Shown piece after piece: positions 50,521 through 61,400 of a DNA stretch of 64,000 nt. Both the position numbers and the translations under genes were made by a program. Numbering within the stretch: position 1 is the first letter of the stretch; each line of letters opens with the position of its first letter. Under the pieces are notes generated by a model that saw nothing but the letters and a program-made list of their open reading frames with translations, did not search any database and was not told where the DNA came from. The stretch lies in NCBI GenBank assembly GCA_001662655.1, contig KV460218.1; one strand, 5' to 3'. The stretch is from Pseudogymnoascus verrucosus (taxonomy: Eukaryota).

Positions 50521-51445
50521 TAACAAGTGCACATGTTATGTCGATCCTAAGATTAGCCAGGTTTTTCGAACATAAATTGTGCTGCAGAGCGGCAACTCAC
50601 TTTCAAAAGACAAGATGCTGGGTCCATCAAATGCTCGCTGTATCAATACAGCCGCCTCGGCCAGAAGTAGTACTGTACCCCTCTATTGCAGTACGGTGTT
50701 GCATCCTAGGGTCATGGCAGATGTTTGAACTAATGATGATTGCTTTCTTACGTTTTATTCTACTCCTCTTTTCCTCTCATGATCCCTCCTCTACTTCGCT
50801 CTAAACAACCCCGCCATCACTACCCCCCATACCAACAATAAGCCCCCATACCAACAATAAGCAATCGGTAACCATAACCGCCAGCATTGCGTTCTCCCCG
50901 GACGAAAGATCACTAATATTGCCCGCGTCTTGGTGGTGGTGACTGCTGCAGAGTGACTGTTGTTTTGCCATTAAGAGTATTGTGATGGGAGTTTTGATAG
51001 GCGGTAGGGAGTGGGGCGTAGAATAATCTTTTAAGTTTTGGGTTTAGAGGGTATGATTTTTTTTGTCGAGGTTTTGAGGTTTGTTCTTCTTTCGTTTCTT
51101 GGGAGTGAGTGACTTGTTGTGAGATTTAGTATCGTGGTGGTTTTAATAGGTGGTAGGAGGCAAACGTTAGGGATTGGTAATTTGACTTGTCTAGGGAGTA
51201 GTCTTAATGTAACACCTCATTTTATTCCTCAGCAATGTTGTTTGATATCTTTTCCCTATAACATCTATAATCATTATCATACATCCCTAGATACTCTCAT
51301 CCCATGTTCTCCCCTAGCTACTGGTACACACACCGACCTCCTGACGGGGAAATCTGGTCTGATAACCTGCTCAAAATGGGCTGCTACACGCGACAAAACA
51401 AAGCGGGGTGAGATTCGGCTGGTTTATTTTATTTTGGAGATTAGG

Positions 51446-51671
51446 GGTGGGGGGGGGGGTGGTGACAGAGAGAGACAGGTTAACGAGGGGGTCCATTCTC
51501 GCTGACTTGATATTAGAAAAAGTGGGCGGGGGGGGGGGGGTGGGGGCGGGGGCGGGGGGGGGGCGGGGGGGGGGGAGGTGTGGAGGGGGGAAGGGGGGAA
51601 GGGGGGGCTGGGGCGGGGGATGGGGGGGGGGGGAGGGGGGGGATGCAGTGATCTACCTNNGGGGGGGGGGG
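51446..51671. other. Poly-G low-complexity tract with an assembly gap (NN at 51659-51660)
   Basis: Long irregular G runs flanking two N bases. Confidence 0.85.
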
Positions 51672-51834
51672 GATGAGGAGTGTAAAAAGAAGCCTTCATG
51701 AAGGAGGAAGTTTATAAAGATATTAGGGCTATCTCTGTTTGTTAGTAGCGGTTGACTGCCATACGTAGTTTCAGTCATATTTATTGCTCCTAGAGCTAGC
51801 TTGGCTGGACTATATATTGGTGATTTGTCCTTGT

Positions 51835-54800
51835 CTAGGAAGTAATCTCGATGTGATCCTCCGTTCGTGCCTTCTTCCTATCATCCGCTATTCGGTCGCT
51901 GAGCAGCTTTACGATTGCTTCGCGATTTGCGACAGTTTCGCGATTCTCCTCCGCCGTTCGCAACAATTTGTCATCGTCGTTCTCCTTCCCTGCCCACCAT
52001 AACGGCGTGTGGCCGTCGTTATCCTCCGAGTTTGGGTCGACGTTGTCCCTCTCAAGGAGCAGCTTTACTCCTGCCTCGAACCCTTGCTCTGCTGCTATTG
52101 ATAATAGCGTTCGACCCTCGTTGTTTTTCGAATCGACTATAACATCGTCCCTTTTAAGGAGTAGCTCCACGACTGCGTCGAGCCTATCTCTCTCTTTCTT
52201 TTCCCACGTTCCCCTCACTGCCACCGCTGTTCCCGCCCACCATAATGGCGCATGGCCGTCTTCATCCTCCGAGTTGGGGTCAACGTCGTTCCTCTCAAGG
52301 AACAACTGTACAACCTCCCTGTGTCCTTTTTCTACTGCTATTGATAGTGGCGTTCGGCCGTCGTTATCCTTTGAGTTAGGGTCAATGTCTTTCCTCGTAA
52401 GGAGCAGCTTTACAACTGCTTCGTGGTTGTTCGCAACTGATGGCACAACATTCCTAGCTGCTAACCATAGTGGCGTGTAGCCGTTATTATCCCTCGAGTT
52501 GGGGTCAACGTCGTCCCGTTCAACGAGCAGCTTTACAACTGCCTCGTGCCCATTTTCTGCTGCCCATGATAGTGGCGTCTGGCCCCTAAGGTCCTTTAGG
52601 TCGGCTACAATATTGTCCTGATCTATAAGTAGCTGTACGACTGCCTCGTGCCCCATCGCCGCTGCCTTTAATAGCGGCGTCTCACCGTAGCTGTCCTTTG
52701 AGTTAACTGCGACATCGTCCCGCTCGAGGAGCAGCTTCACAACTGCCTCGTGCCCACTACTTGCTGCCATTGACAGCGGCGTCCGACCTTCATCATCCTT
52801 TGAGTCCGCTACAATATCGTGTCTCATAAGGAGTAGCTTTACAGTTGCCTCACGCCCTCTCCACGCCGCCCTTAATAGCGGCGTCCGACCTTCATCATCC
52901 TTCGAGTCAACTACAACGTCACCCTTCTTTAAGAGCAGCTCTATGATTGTCTCGTACCCGTACGCCGCTGCCCAAGATAGCGGCGTCTGGCCAAAGTTAT
53001 CCTTCATGTTAGCTGCAACGTCGTCCCGCTCGAGTAGTACCTTCACAACCGCCTCGTGATTGCCTCGCACTGCCATTATTAGCGGTGTCCGGCCGTCTCT
53101 GTCTTTAGAGTCAGCTACGACGTCATGCCTTTCAACGAGCAGTTTCACAACTGCCTCATGCCCTCGGTCTGCTGCCCACAATAGCGGCGTCATATTGCCG
53201 TTGCCACATATGTCAGCCACAACGTCGTCCCGCTCGATAAGCACCTTCACGGCCGCCTCGTGCCCACGTTCCGCTGCCCACGTCAGCGGCGTCCAACCGT
53301 TAATGTCCCTTGAGTCAGCTACAACATCATCTCGTCCGGCAAGCAGCTCCACAATTGCTGCTTGCCCTGCCCCTGCTGCCGCTGATAACGGTGTCTGGCC
53401 CAGAACATCCCTTGAGTCGGTCACGACGTCGCCCCTCTTAACGAGTAGCGCCACGACTGCATCCTGTCCACTCTCTGCTGCCCGCCATAGCGGCGTCCGA
53501 CGACGCGAGTCTGGTGCATCTACACACCCGCATTTTTTATCTCCATCGCCATGCACTAGCTCTTTTAACAAGTATGTCATTCCAAAGACTGCAGCAACGT
53601 GTACACCTGTGAGATATATTGCCATGTCTTGACTATAGTCCTTATACCTATTCTTTGGAAGAAACATAAACTGGACTGAGCATGCAAGTTGATTCATGTT
53701 GGAGAGAAATGGTAGGGCTTGCTCTTTAATTGTTTGCTGGACGGTAAGGGCGTGGGTTCCCCAGTATCGAGCGGCGTAGTCTACGAAGGGGTTCTGCCTA
53801 ATCCTGCTCGCAAAGTCTTCGTCGTTAGTGCAACGGCCAGTGCTGAAAGTCTGGAAGGATAGGTAGGTTAAACATGTTGATGCGATTTCTTCCTGGGCTT
53901 TAGGATTCCAAACTTCTCGCACCCGCTCAAAGTACTCCTGAGTAGTGTAATGGACTAATCGAATGACGTCGCTTTCCTCGTCAACTGTAACTAGGCCTGC
54001 ACAAACGGAGATTACGTCTTCAATATCTGGAATATTGTCTTCGTCGAGTTCTGACTCGCCTGCCTCGACAGCAAGGGCATGAGCAAGCTCCTTGGTTGTA
54101 AGTTGTCTCATTGCGTAGGTAATCCAAGAAAGCACGGTTTTTGCTAGCTCAGATTCCTCAGGTAGTTGACTTTCGATCCTCTCAATCGCTTCATCGTATG
54201 CTTCGTTCAGTGCTGTCGAGCCTCTAGGCAGCTTTTTGAGAGTTGCTCTAACTGCCTTTTTCGTCGTTTTACCCCGTAGAGAATCTACGTGGAGGCGAGC
54301 AAGAAGAAACCTTATTATAGTAAGCTACCGTATTTGGAATAGGTCGAAATACTCACATGCCATCTACTGCTAGAACGATCCCGTCTTGTGTTTCTGCCTG
54401 TAATTCAGGATCGCGCTGGACGCACATTGGCAATCGATGCAACTGGCCGGCAACGAATCGCTTCACATCTGCCTCACTAGCTCGAATCTCCAACATTGGG
54501 GATCCTTCAAATAATTGCTCAATCCTAGAGACAAAACGAGATGTTACCATTAACCTTGTGTCGGTCTTGGCCTGTAGTCCGCGGAGTATAGCAAGAAGTT
54601 CGCTGCGAGTACCGTCGCTGTCCGAGCACTCATCTAAAGCATCGATAACGATATACGCTTTAGAGTAATTGCTAAGAACAGAGTCGAGTGCAGTGCAGAT
54701 CTCATCAAGCGATGGACGTGTCCTCCGGCCAGTATGAAGCATATGAAGAGCTGTAACTGGTTTTCCATATAATGGACGCTCCTGCACCAACTGTTTGAGA

Positions 54801-55653
54801 ATAGCAGCCAGTAGATCTGTAGTGGTCTGCGTTTCTCGTCTTTTGTAATTGCAGTATACGTAGGCAACACCGACGTTGTCACCTTGAAAGGCTTTCCATA
54901 TATGATCAACGGCGATCGCTGCGATCATTGTCTTCCCAGCTCCAGGAATGCCAGGGCAGAATAGGTCCTCCTTCGTTCCTTGAAGCCAGTTGGTGAACTC
55001 AGGAGATACAACGAACCATTGGCCTGTCCCTTCCTGTCTTCTGCCAATAAAGTCGGATTGTTGAGCCGGGAAATCGGTTGATGATAGCCAGTCCGTAATA
55101 ACGCGATATTGTTCGCTGACCTGACTCTCCTGTAGTGACCTGACTGTATTTGTGATAACAGTGGTATCGATCTTCAATGCTTGAGATAATTTGCTGTTCT
55201 AGTCAGTCATTCAGTTTCTATCTAGGGCAAATATCCTTACAAATGATCCATCTCCAGTGCGATTTGGGTGAGCGATTTAAGCCGTTCAATTCTCATTAGT
55301 ATGTTGGCAACCTCTTCTTTGCTAAATTTCCAGCTGAGCACACCGCCAATATTTGTTCTACTAGAAGCGGACGACGTAAATTTTGACTTCAGTTGCTCAA
55401 GGGCAGACCTATACTGATCAATAGGTCCGTTGGCAGCAGCAAGAGCTTGCACCTCCCCATACCAGCCGTCATTAGATGACACTTCATCGAGGCGGTACAT
55501 TAGCGTCACGAGTAGATTAGAGACGTTTGATATTTCAATTGCACATTGCGCACGATCCTTAGATGTGTCTTTCAAATCGTTTAGACATCCGATAATAACG
55601 CTGGTGAGCTGTACGACAGCAATAATGCTTGCGGTGATACTGAGTGGATCCAT
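51835..55653 (-). CDS. Fungal NLR: HeLo-like N-terminal helical domain - NACHT - ankyrin repeats
   Basis: Exons 55653-55241, 55193-54357, 54310-51835. N-terminus MDPLSITASIIAVVQLT..LSWKFSKEEV..RIERLKS; GTGQWF, Walker A GIPGAGKT, Walker B YIVIDALDEC, VTSR, GMFLLARLHVDSL (across an intron), LVHYTTQEYF; about 15 34-aa ANK repeats. Confidence 0.92.
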
Positions 55654-56057
55654 ATTGGGTGTTCGAATTCAGGGTTTCTCTAACGGCTATCAAAGTAACA
55701 GGGCAGCAAAGCAACTTCAGTAACTGGGAACCTCTGTCGTGAACGGCCTCGTCCGGTGGGGAGTATGTTCTCCCATTTCAGCCCAAGGCTGGCGTCTTGC
55801 GATGAGCCCCGCGGAAGGATGCCATTGCTTGGCGCGGTGACGGACGGGAGTATCCGCACCACCAATCGCGCCAGGGTCGCGCTTATATATTTTTTTGGCA
55901 TCAGTATCAATACCCCACTATATACCCCGCCATCACACGATACGCAAGCATAACGCCGCCCTTATACCACAAAATACCTCTCGCTAGCTGTACTATAGAG
56001 ATTGTACTGCCGTACGTGACTTTCTTCAACGTCACGGGACGGACAGCCAGGTGGGCG

Positions 56058-57842
56058 ATGGAAACAACCAATGCGCCGCCGCAAGGAGTAGAAGAAATAA
56101 AACAGCAGCTCGATGAAGCGGGCACGGATGAAACAGGCATGGGAGAGGAGATTGCGAGGTTATACCTAGACTGTCCTTCTCAATCCGCAAAGGACGTGAA
56201 ATCATGGCTCGAATCCACCTCCCACTTCCACCGCTTCGAGAAAATCTTTCACACCCCTTCAACACCCTCCTCTTCCGTTTCCGCGCCACACCTACGCATA
56301 CCGACTACCATCTTACTCCCCCTATCTTCATCCCCAGCTGAGGCGCGCGCGGTTCTTCCCTCACCACCCCCAGAACCAGGCCTCATGGAAAGGATTTCTG
56401 TTGTGCTACTGGCTGTTTCGCCTGCGAGCAACGCGCTAGGAGAACCGGGAACAGTATCAAAAGCTTCACACCACCTCTCCGAACCCTTTCTCACTTTTCT
56501 CTCTCACCCCGCTGTCAGCTCACTAGTTGACTCACAAACTCAAGAGTCTCTCCTCTCTAACCTCCCTAAACGATACACCGTCTACACCCCATTGGCCCTC
56601 CTACCCACCGGCAGCCTATCCTCAGACGCCTGGAAGGCCGTGCTGGATAAAGCTCCTCCTGCAGTGGTAGATGAGCTATGGACCGGCGTCTTGGCCGCCA
56701 TCATGCGACTTGGGGGAGAGAAAGTGACGCATCTAGCTATCAACCACCCCATCCCCGGTTCTGACGAAGATGAGAATATCATCCGCGCCCCCTCGCACCT
56801 ACACACTCTCTTCGGCGACTTCGGCCCCGCCATTTCCGCCGAGAGATGGGCGCTTGGTCCTGGGTTAACGGCAGGGGCTGGGGAGGGAGAGCCGATTGGG
56901 GAAGAAGATTTTGAAAACGCGTTCTGGGTGCGGACGAGACAGAACGGGATTTTCCAGTCCTGGGCCCCGCGCTGGACGATGTTTAGTCGTGGGAATGTGA
57001 CCGAGAAGGCGAGGGTCCTCCGCTTCGGCGATGCGTCGTGGTGGTCGAAGGCTATTAGTGCTGGTGGTGGCAATGCCTCTGGTGGCAGTGATGGGCGAGA
57101 TGGGGAAGATGATGTGCAAATAGCGGTGGATTTATACGCCGGGATCGGGTATTTCACACTGTCTTACCTCTCGCGGGGGTACGCGGTGTTGGCGTGGGAG
57201 ATTAATCCGTTTTCGATTGAAGGACTACGGCGCGGTGCGGTGGGTAATGGGTTTGAAGTGCTTGTGGTGAAAGGGGCAGTGGATTGGGAGGCGGTTAGGG
57301 AGACGGTGGAGAAGAGGGGTGTGGTTGTTTTTGCAGAGGATAATCAGTTTGCGTGGACGAGGTTTCAGGAGGGGTTGCAGGAGCTGGGAAAAGAGGGGAT
57401 GGCGGGAGGGGTGGAGGGGAGGTGGAGGGTGAGACATGTTAATCTAGGCTTATTGCCGTCGTCGAGGCTGGGGTGGGAGGTTGGAGGAATGTTTTTGGGA
57501 GGGGGTCAGGGGGGTTGGATGCATGTGCATGAGAATGTTAAAGAAACGGGTCGAAAGGAGATGGTGAGGGGAGAAGAGATTGTGGAGGTTGTTGAGGGGG
57601 TTGTTGGCGGTGGTGGAAGGGGGGAGGCGGAAAGAGAGGAAGAGGAAGGGAAAGAAGGAGGAGAAGAAAAGGGGGGGATAAATGTTGAGGTTAGGAGTGT
57701 GGCGATGGTGAAGGGATTTGGACCTGGGATTAATCATCTCGTTTTTGATGTGTGGGTTGGTCCAACGGGGGCGGGTTCGGAGATGCGTTGGGGGTTGTTG
57801 GGTGGGGACATAAGTCATATAGTATCTAGAAGAGTTGAGTAG
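56058..57842 (+). CDS. TRM12: tRNA wybutosine-synthesis protein 2 (SAM-dependent aminocarboxypropyl transferase); start codon uncertain
   Basis: QNGIFQSWAPRWTMFSRGNVTEKAR, SAM motif VDLYAGIGYF, WEINPFSIEGL, RHVNLGLLPSS, WMHVHENV, VKGFGPG. Confidence 0.9.
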   Translation: METTNAPPQGVEEIKQQLDEAGTDETGMGEEIARLYLDCPSQSAKDVKSWLESTSHFHRFEKIFHTPSTPSSSVSAPHLRIPTTILLPLSSSPAEARAVLPSPPPEPGLMERISVVLLAVSPASNALGEPGTVSKASHHLSEPFLTFLSHPAVSSLVDSQTQESLLSNLPKRYTVYTPLALLPTGSLSSDAWKAVLDKAPPAVVDELWTGVLAAIMRLGGEKVTHLAINHPIPGSDEDENIIRAPSHLHTLFGDFGPAISAERWALGPGLTAGAGEGEPIGEEDFENAFWVRTRQNGIFQSWAPRWTMFSRGNVTEKARVLRFGDASWWSKAISAGGGNASGGSDGRDGEDDVQIAVDLYAGIGYFTLSYLSRGYAVLAWEINPFSIEGLRRGAVGNGFEVLVVKGAVDWEAVRETVEKRGVVVFAEDNQFAWTRFQEGLQELGKEGMAGGVEGRWRVRHVNLGLLPSSRLGWEVGGMFLGGGQGGWMHVHENVKETGRKEMVRGEEIVEVVEGVVGGGGRGEAEREEEEGKEGGEEKGGINVEVRSVAMVKGFGPGINHLVFDVWVGPTGAGSEMRWGLLGGDISHIVSRRVE

Positions 57843-58240
57843 GGGAGTGGCTTTGTATATATCCTAGATGGCACGATACTTAATGGCTGCGAAGCCTATG
57901 TAATGGAGAGTGTAAGAGAAGGAGGCTGAGCCACCAAGTGAAAATGGCGGAGATTGACTAGACTAGGGGGGACTAAGAAAGGGTGAATCGTCAGAAGTCG
58001 TCTCACAACCTCGTAACCTCGCTTTTTTGTCACTACGAATAGGAATTATGGCAATCGCTTTCGATGGCATAGAATACTCAGATTATGATGATAATTTTGG
58101 ATGGGAGGTTAGCCCAACTGGTGCGATTGGCAACCTGATCGTATGACTCAATCAGTGGTCGAGTATGATGCCTATGCTATTCTATTAATTGGACTCGTCC
58201 TCTCTAAAAGTCTAGAGAGGGAATGTGAATAACAGCACTG

Positions 58241-58410
58241 TCTATAGTAGCTGTAATTCAGATAGGTTTTCTAAATTACCTGAGGTTACAAGCGCCGTTT
58301 ACAGCAACTGTAGTTCAAGTAGGTATGGTTAATCACTCGAGGCTACAACAATCACGCTTTGCAGCAACTGTAGTTCAAGTAAATGCGTTCAGTTACTCAA
58401 GACTCAATAA
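58241..58410. repeat. Degenerate ~59-60-bp tandem repeat, three copies
   Basis: CAGCAACTGTAGTTCAAGTA occurs at 58302 and 58362; a more diverged copy (TAGTAGCTGTAATTCAGATA) begins near 58245. Confidence 0.7.
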
Positions 58411-61400
58411 ATTATACGTAATAAAATGACGAAGCCACCGTAATATAGCCCACACTATCAAGGCTTTAACAATGTAGGACTCTACCATATTTGAATTAGA
58501 CTTTGTCATTGTCATCGGATATAGTACAATTCTGAGTAGTTATCATATTTATGAACATAAAGGGGCCATCGACTACCACGAAAGTCAGCAAAAGCTCAAC
58601 TCGACCTTAGTAATCAACATTCAGGGGCTGTTGACAGAGAATCACAAAGGGGCGTTGCCCATACCAGACGAGTGGCAAGAAAGAGCCCCTTTTCCTACTA
58701 CTACCACTAGACTTGGACTATAAAGCTGATAGGCATATAGAAAGACATCAGATGACGAGCAATAAAAACGCCCCCCTCCTCTCGACAACTCTTCACCTCA
58801 ACTACCGACCCAGTACCGAAGAACAACTATCCATCTACTTCCCAACCTCATCCATTCTCGGCACTCAGACCTATGCCTAGACCTATGTTGATCTGCATCA
58901 CCATCAACATCGCCGTCGCCACGTCACTCCTCGGGGTGCCTTTCCTCTGCAACCCCCTTCTTCGGCCCCCATGACACCCCTCGTGGCCTCCCCGTCACAA
59001 TCACCCTCAGAGTCCCAACCTCCCCAGAAACCCAAGGACCCAAGTCCCCCCCTCCCGTCCCACTTCGCACTCAATCCAAAACCGCATACCCGCTCCTCCC
59101 CCATCACCACCCATCACCTACACACCTCGCCACGAGCCTCCCCTCCCCCCTTCCCCGCCACTAATCCCCTTCCCTGCCCCTCCCCACGCGACCACACCCA
59201 CTCTCACCCCTCCATATCTTTCCTCGCCAACACCAGAGCTACTAGCATCGCCACCCTTCCCTAGCACATCAGCTAAGAAATCGCAGCCCAGCCCAGCCCT
59301 GTTCCACCCGCTTTTTTCATCCGATCTTTCTTCTCCCCCCTGCTACCCTCCTCTCCTCTCTATCACCCCTAGCCCAATCCAGTTTCCCAGCCCCCAAGAA
59401 CAGGAGGCCCAAGCTCGAATGATAGGCAATTGATCACGCCTCTCCTCCTTTTTCGCCTGTCGCGTGGCAAGGCGCACCAGTGCACGTCATCAGTGCATCT
59501 GTCATTCATGCATTGTAGTCCTCACCGCATCGCGGCGGGTCGGGACGGAGATGGATGTCGATTCAGCTTAGTAGTGTTAGTAGCGTTCGTAGTGATGCGC
59601 GGAGGGGCGGTGAGGTGGCGGGGAGCGTGCGCTGCTGGTAGATAGAAGGAGGAAGGAGGGAGGAGGGGGTGGGTATTGGATGGGGATGGAGGGCGGTAGA
59701 GGGGGTATAGGATGGGATATGCCGGTGAAATGAAGGACGGATTTGTGCGGGTATTAGGGGGTATTGGATGGGATTGAGGTGGTGTTATGGTGTTATGGTG
59801 TGCTATTTCTAATGATAATCCTCGTTGCCCTGCTCTACGATATATCGTATACGAATGGCTAGTGAAAGTGATTGTGTATCATTGGGAATTAATACTAGAG
59901 ATTTAAGCTCTTATAATACTTATACTCTTAGAATATATCTCTTTAACCCGATCTCTAAGCAGCTCATTTATCAATTGAACCCCTAAATGAACTCCTTCAC
60001 CTCAACCATAAACACTCCCGCCATCCAACCCCTCCACACCATTCCAGTCGTCAGCACAAGATCTCCCCCTCGGCATTGACACCTCCCACCCCTCCTCCCC
60101 ATCACACCACTCCATCGCCCAGCCCCCCCTCCGCCCCTAGCCAACCCATAGCCCCGATCTCCCCCTCGCTACACACCACACCACGTGGACGCCCACCCAC
60201 TACCGCGCGATACGATGCGATGAAGCGTGTGTGGGTAGGTGAGATGATAGATAACGGGCCTTAACGCGGGGGAAAACGCGGGGTGCGTGCGCGAGAGAGC
60301 GGGGGGCGGGCCGTTTGGACCTTGGGTCTTGATCCTTGGGGGGTGTTGTGTGGTGTGGGAGGTTATGGGGAAGTGGGAGATGAGGAGGGGTTGTGCAGAT
60401 CTGGGGTACTGGTGGATGGGATGGGACTGATGGGATTTAGGAAGGAGATGAGGGAGATGAGGGAGATTAGGGATAGAGAGGACGGGAAGAAGGTGAGTGA
60501 GGGGGTGTAGTGAGGCAGAGAGGGGAGATGAGAGGGGGAATGGGGAAACGGCCGAGGATGGAGGACTGGGTGGGAGGGAGAGGGTGTGGTGGGGGTTGGT
60601 GACCAGAGGCCCTTCCTGGAGTGAGTGTATAGGAACACGATTGAGGGAATAAGGCAGATTCTGATCCAAGAAACAAAACCCAATTCCTCCTCGCAAACAA
60701 ATAACCCAGCAAAATTTTCACCCAGCGAGCCTTACGCTCTACCCATCACATCACTAACCTCAGACCCCTCGTCAACCTGCATAGTGGGGGTACTGTACTG
60801 TAGGTCCGTTCGCCGGCTACCCCCCCAGACTCGGGTATACTTTTCGGTGCTGGCGTGCCTAGCGACTGTGATACCAGCTATATGGCGCATTTGGCTTGTG
60901 ATAGTATGGGGTAATAAACGGACGGATACATGGGGATGTGGTGGTGGCGGCGGTGGTGCTTGTTGTTTGTTAGTACGAAGAGCAGGAGGGAGGGCTTGAG
61001 AGTGATAGTAGTGATAGTAGTAGTGGTAAGAGATAGAGGAGAGGAGGGGTTGCCGGGGATACCCACTCCGTCTCCGTCTCCGACACCCACCACCGGCCAC
61101 ACCACTCACCACTCACCACCATTCCACCAAAGCTTCAACGTCCCCATCCCCATCCCCAGCTCGCGGTCGGTCATCAAGTCAGCCAGCCGTTTCTCCCCAG
61201 TACCCAGTTCCCCCGGACAAACATCGGAACCCCCTCCAAAAAACCAGCAGCCCTTCCTACCCTGTCCCTACCTCTCTGCACCCCATCCCTCCCCATCCCA
61301 TCCCATCCCCCTACCTCCCATCCAGACTCTCGGACGAACACACACCATATATGTGACCGAGAGGAGGGACGGGGGGTATAAGAGATCCCCATATCACATG

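Noticed and set aside
50824..50861. 19-bp direct duplication CCCCCATACCAACAATAAG x2
   Set aside because: Simple slippage duplication with no further structure.
51424..51701. Poly-Gly / poly-Pro ORFs and possible G-quadruplex
   Set aside because: Spans an NN gap with irregular G runs; probably low-quality sequence at a contig join.
43068..55700. Starship or other transposon call for the accessory block
   Set aside because: No tyrosine recombinase or transposase, terminal inverted repeats or target-site duplication could be identified.
58241..58410. CRISPR-like repeat-spacer appearance
   Set aside because: Eukaryotic context, only 2-3 units, spacers are homologous to each other, no cas genes.
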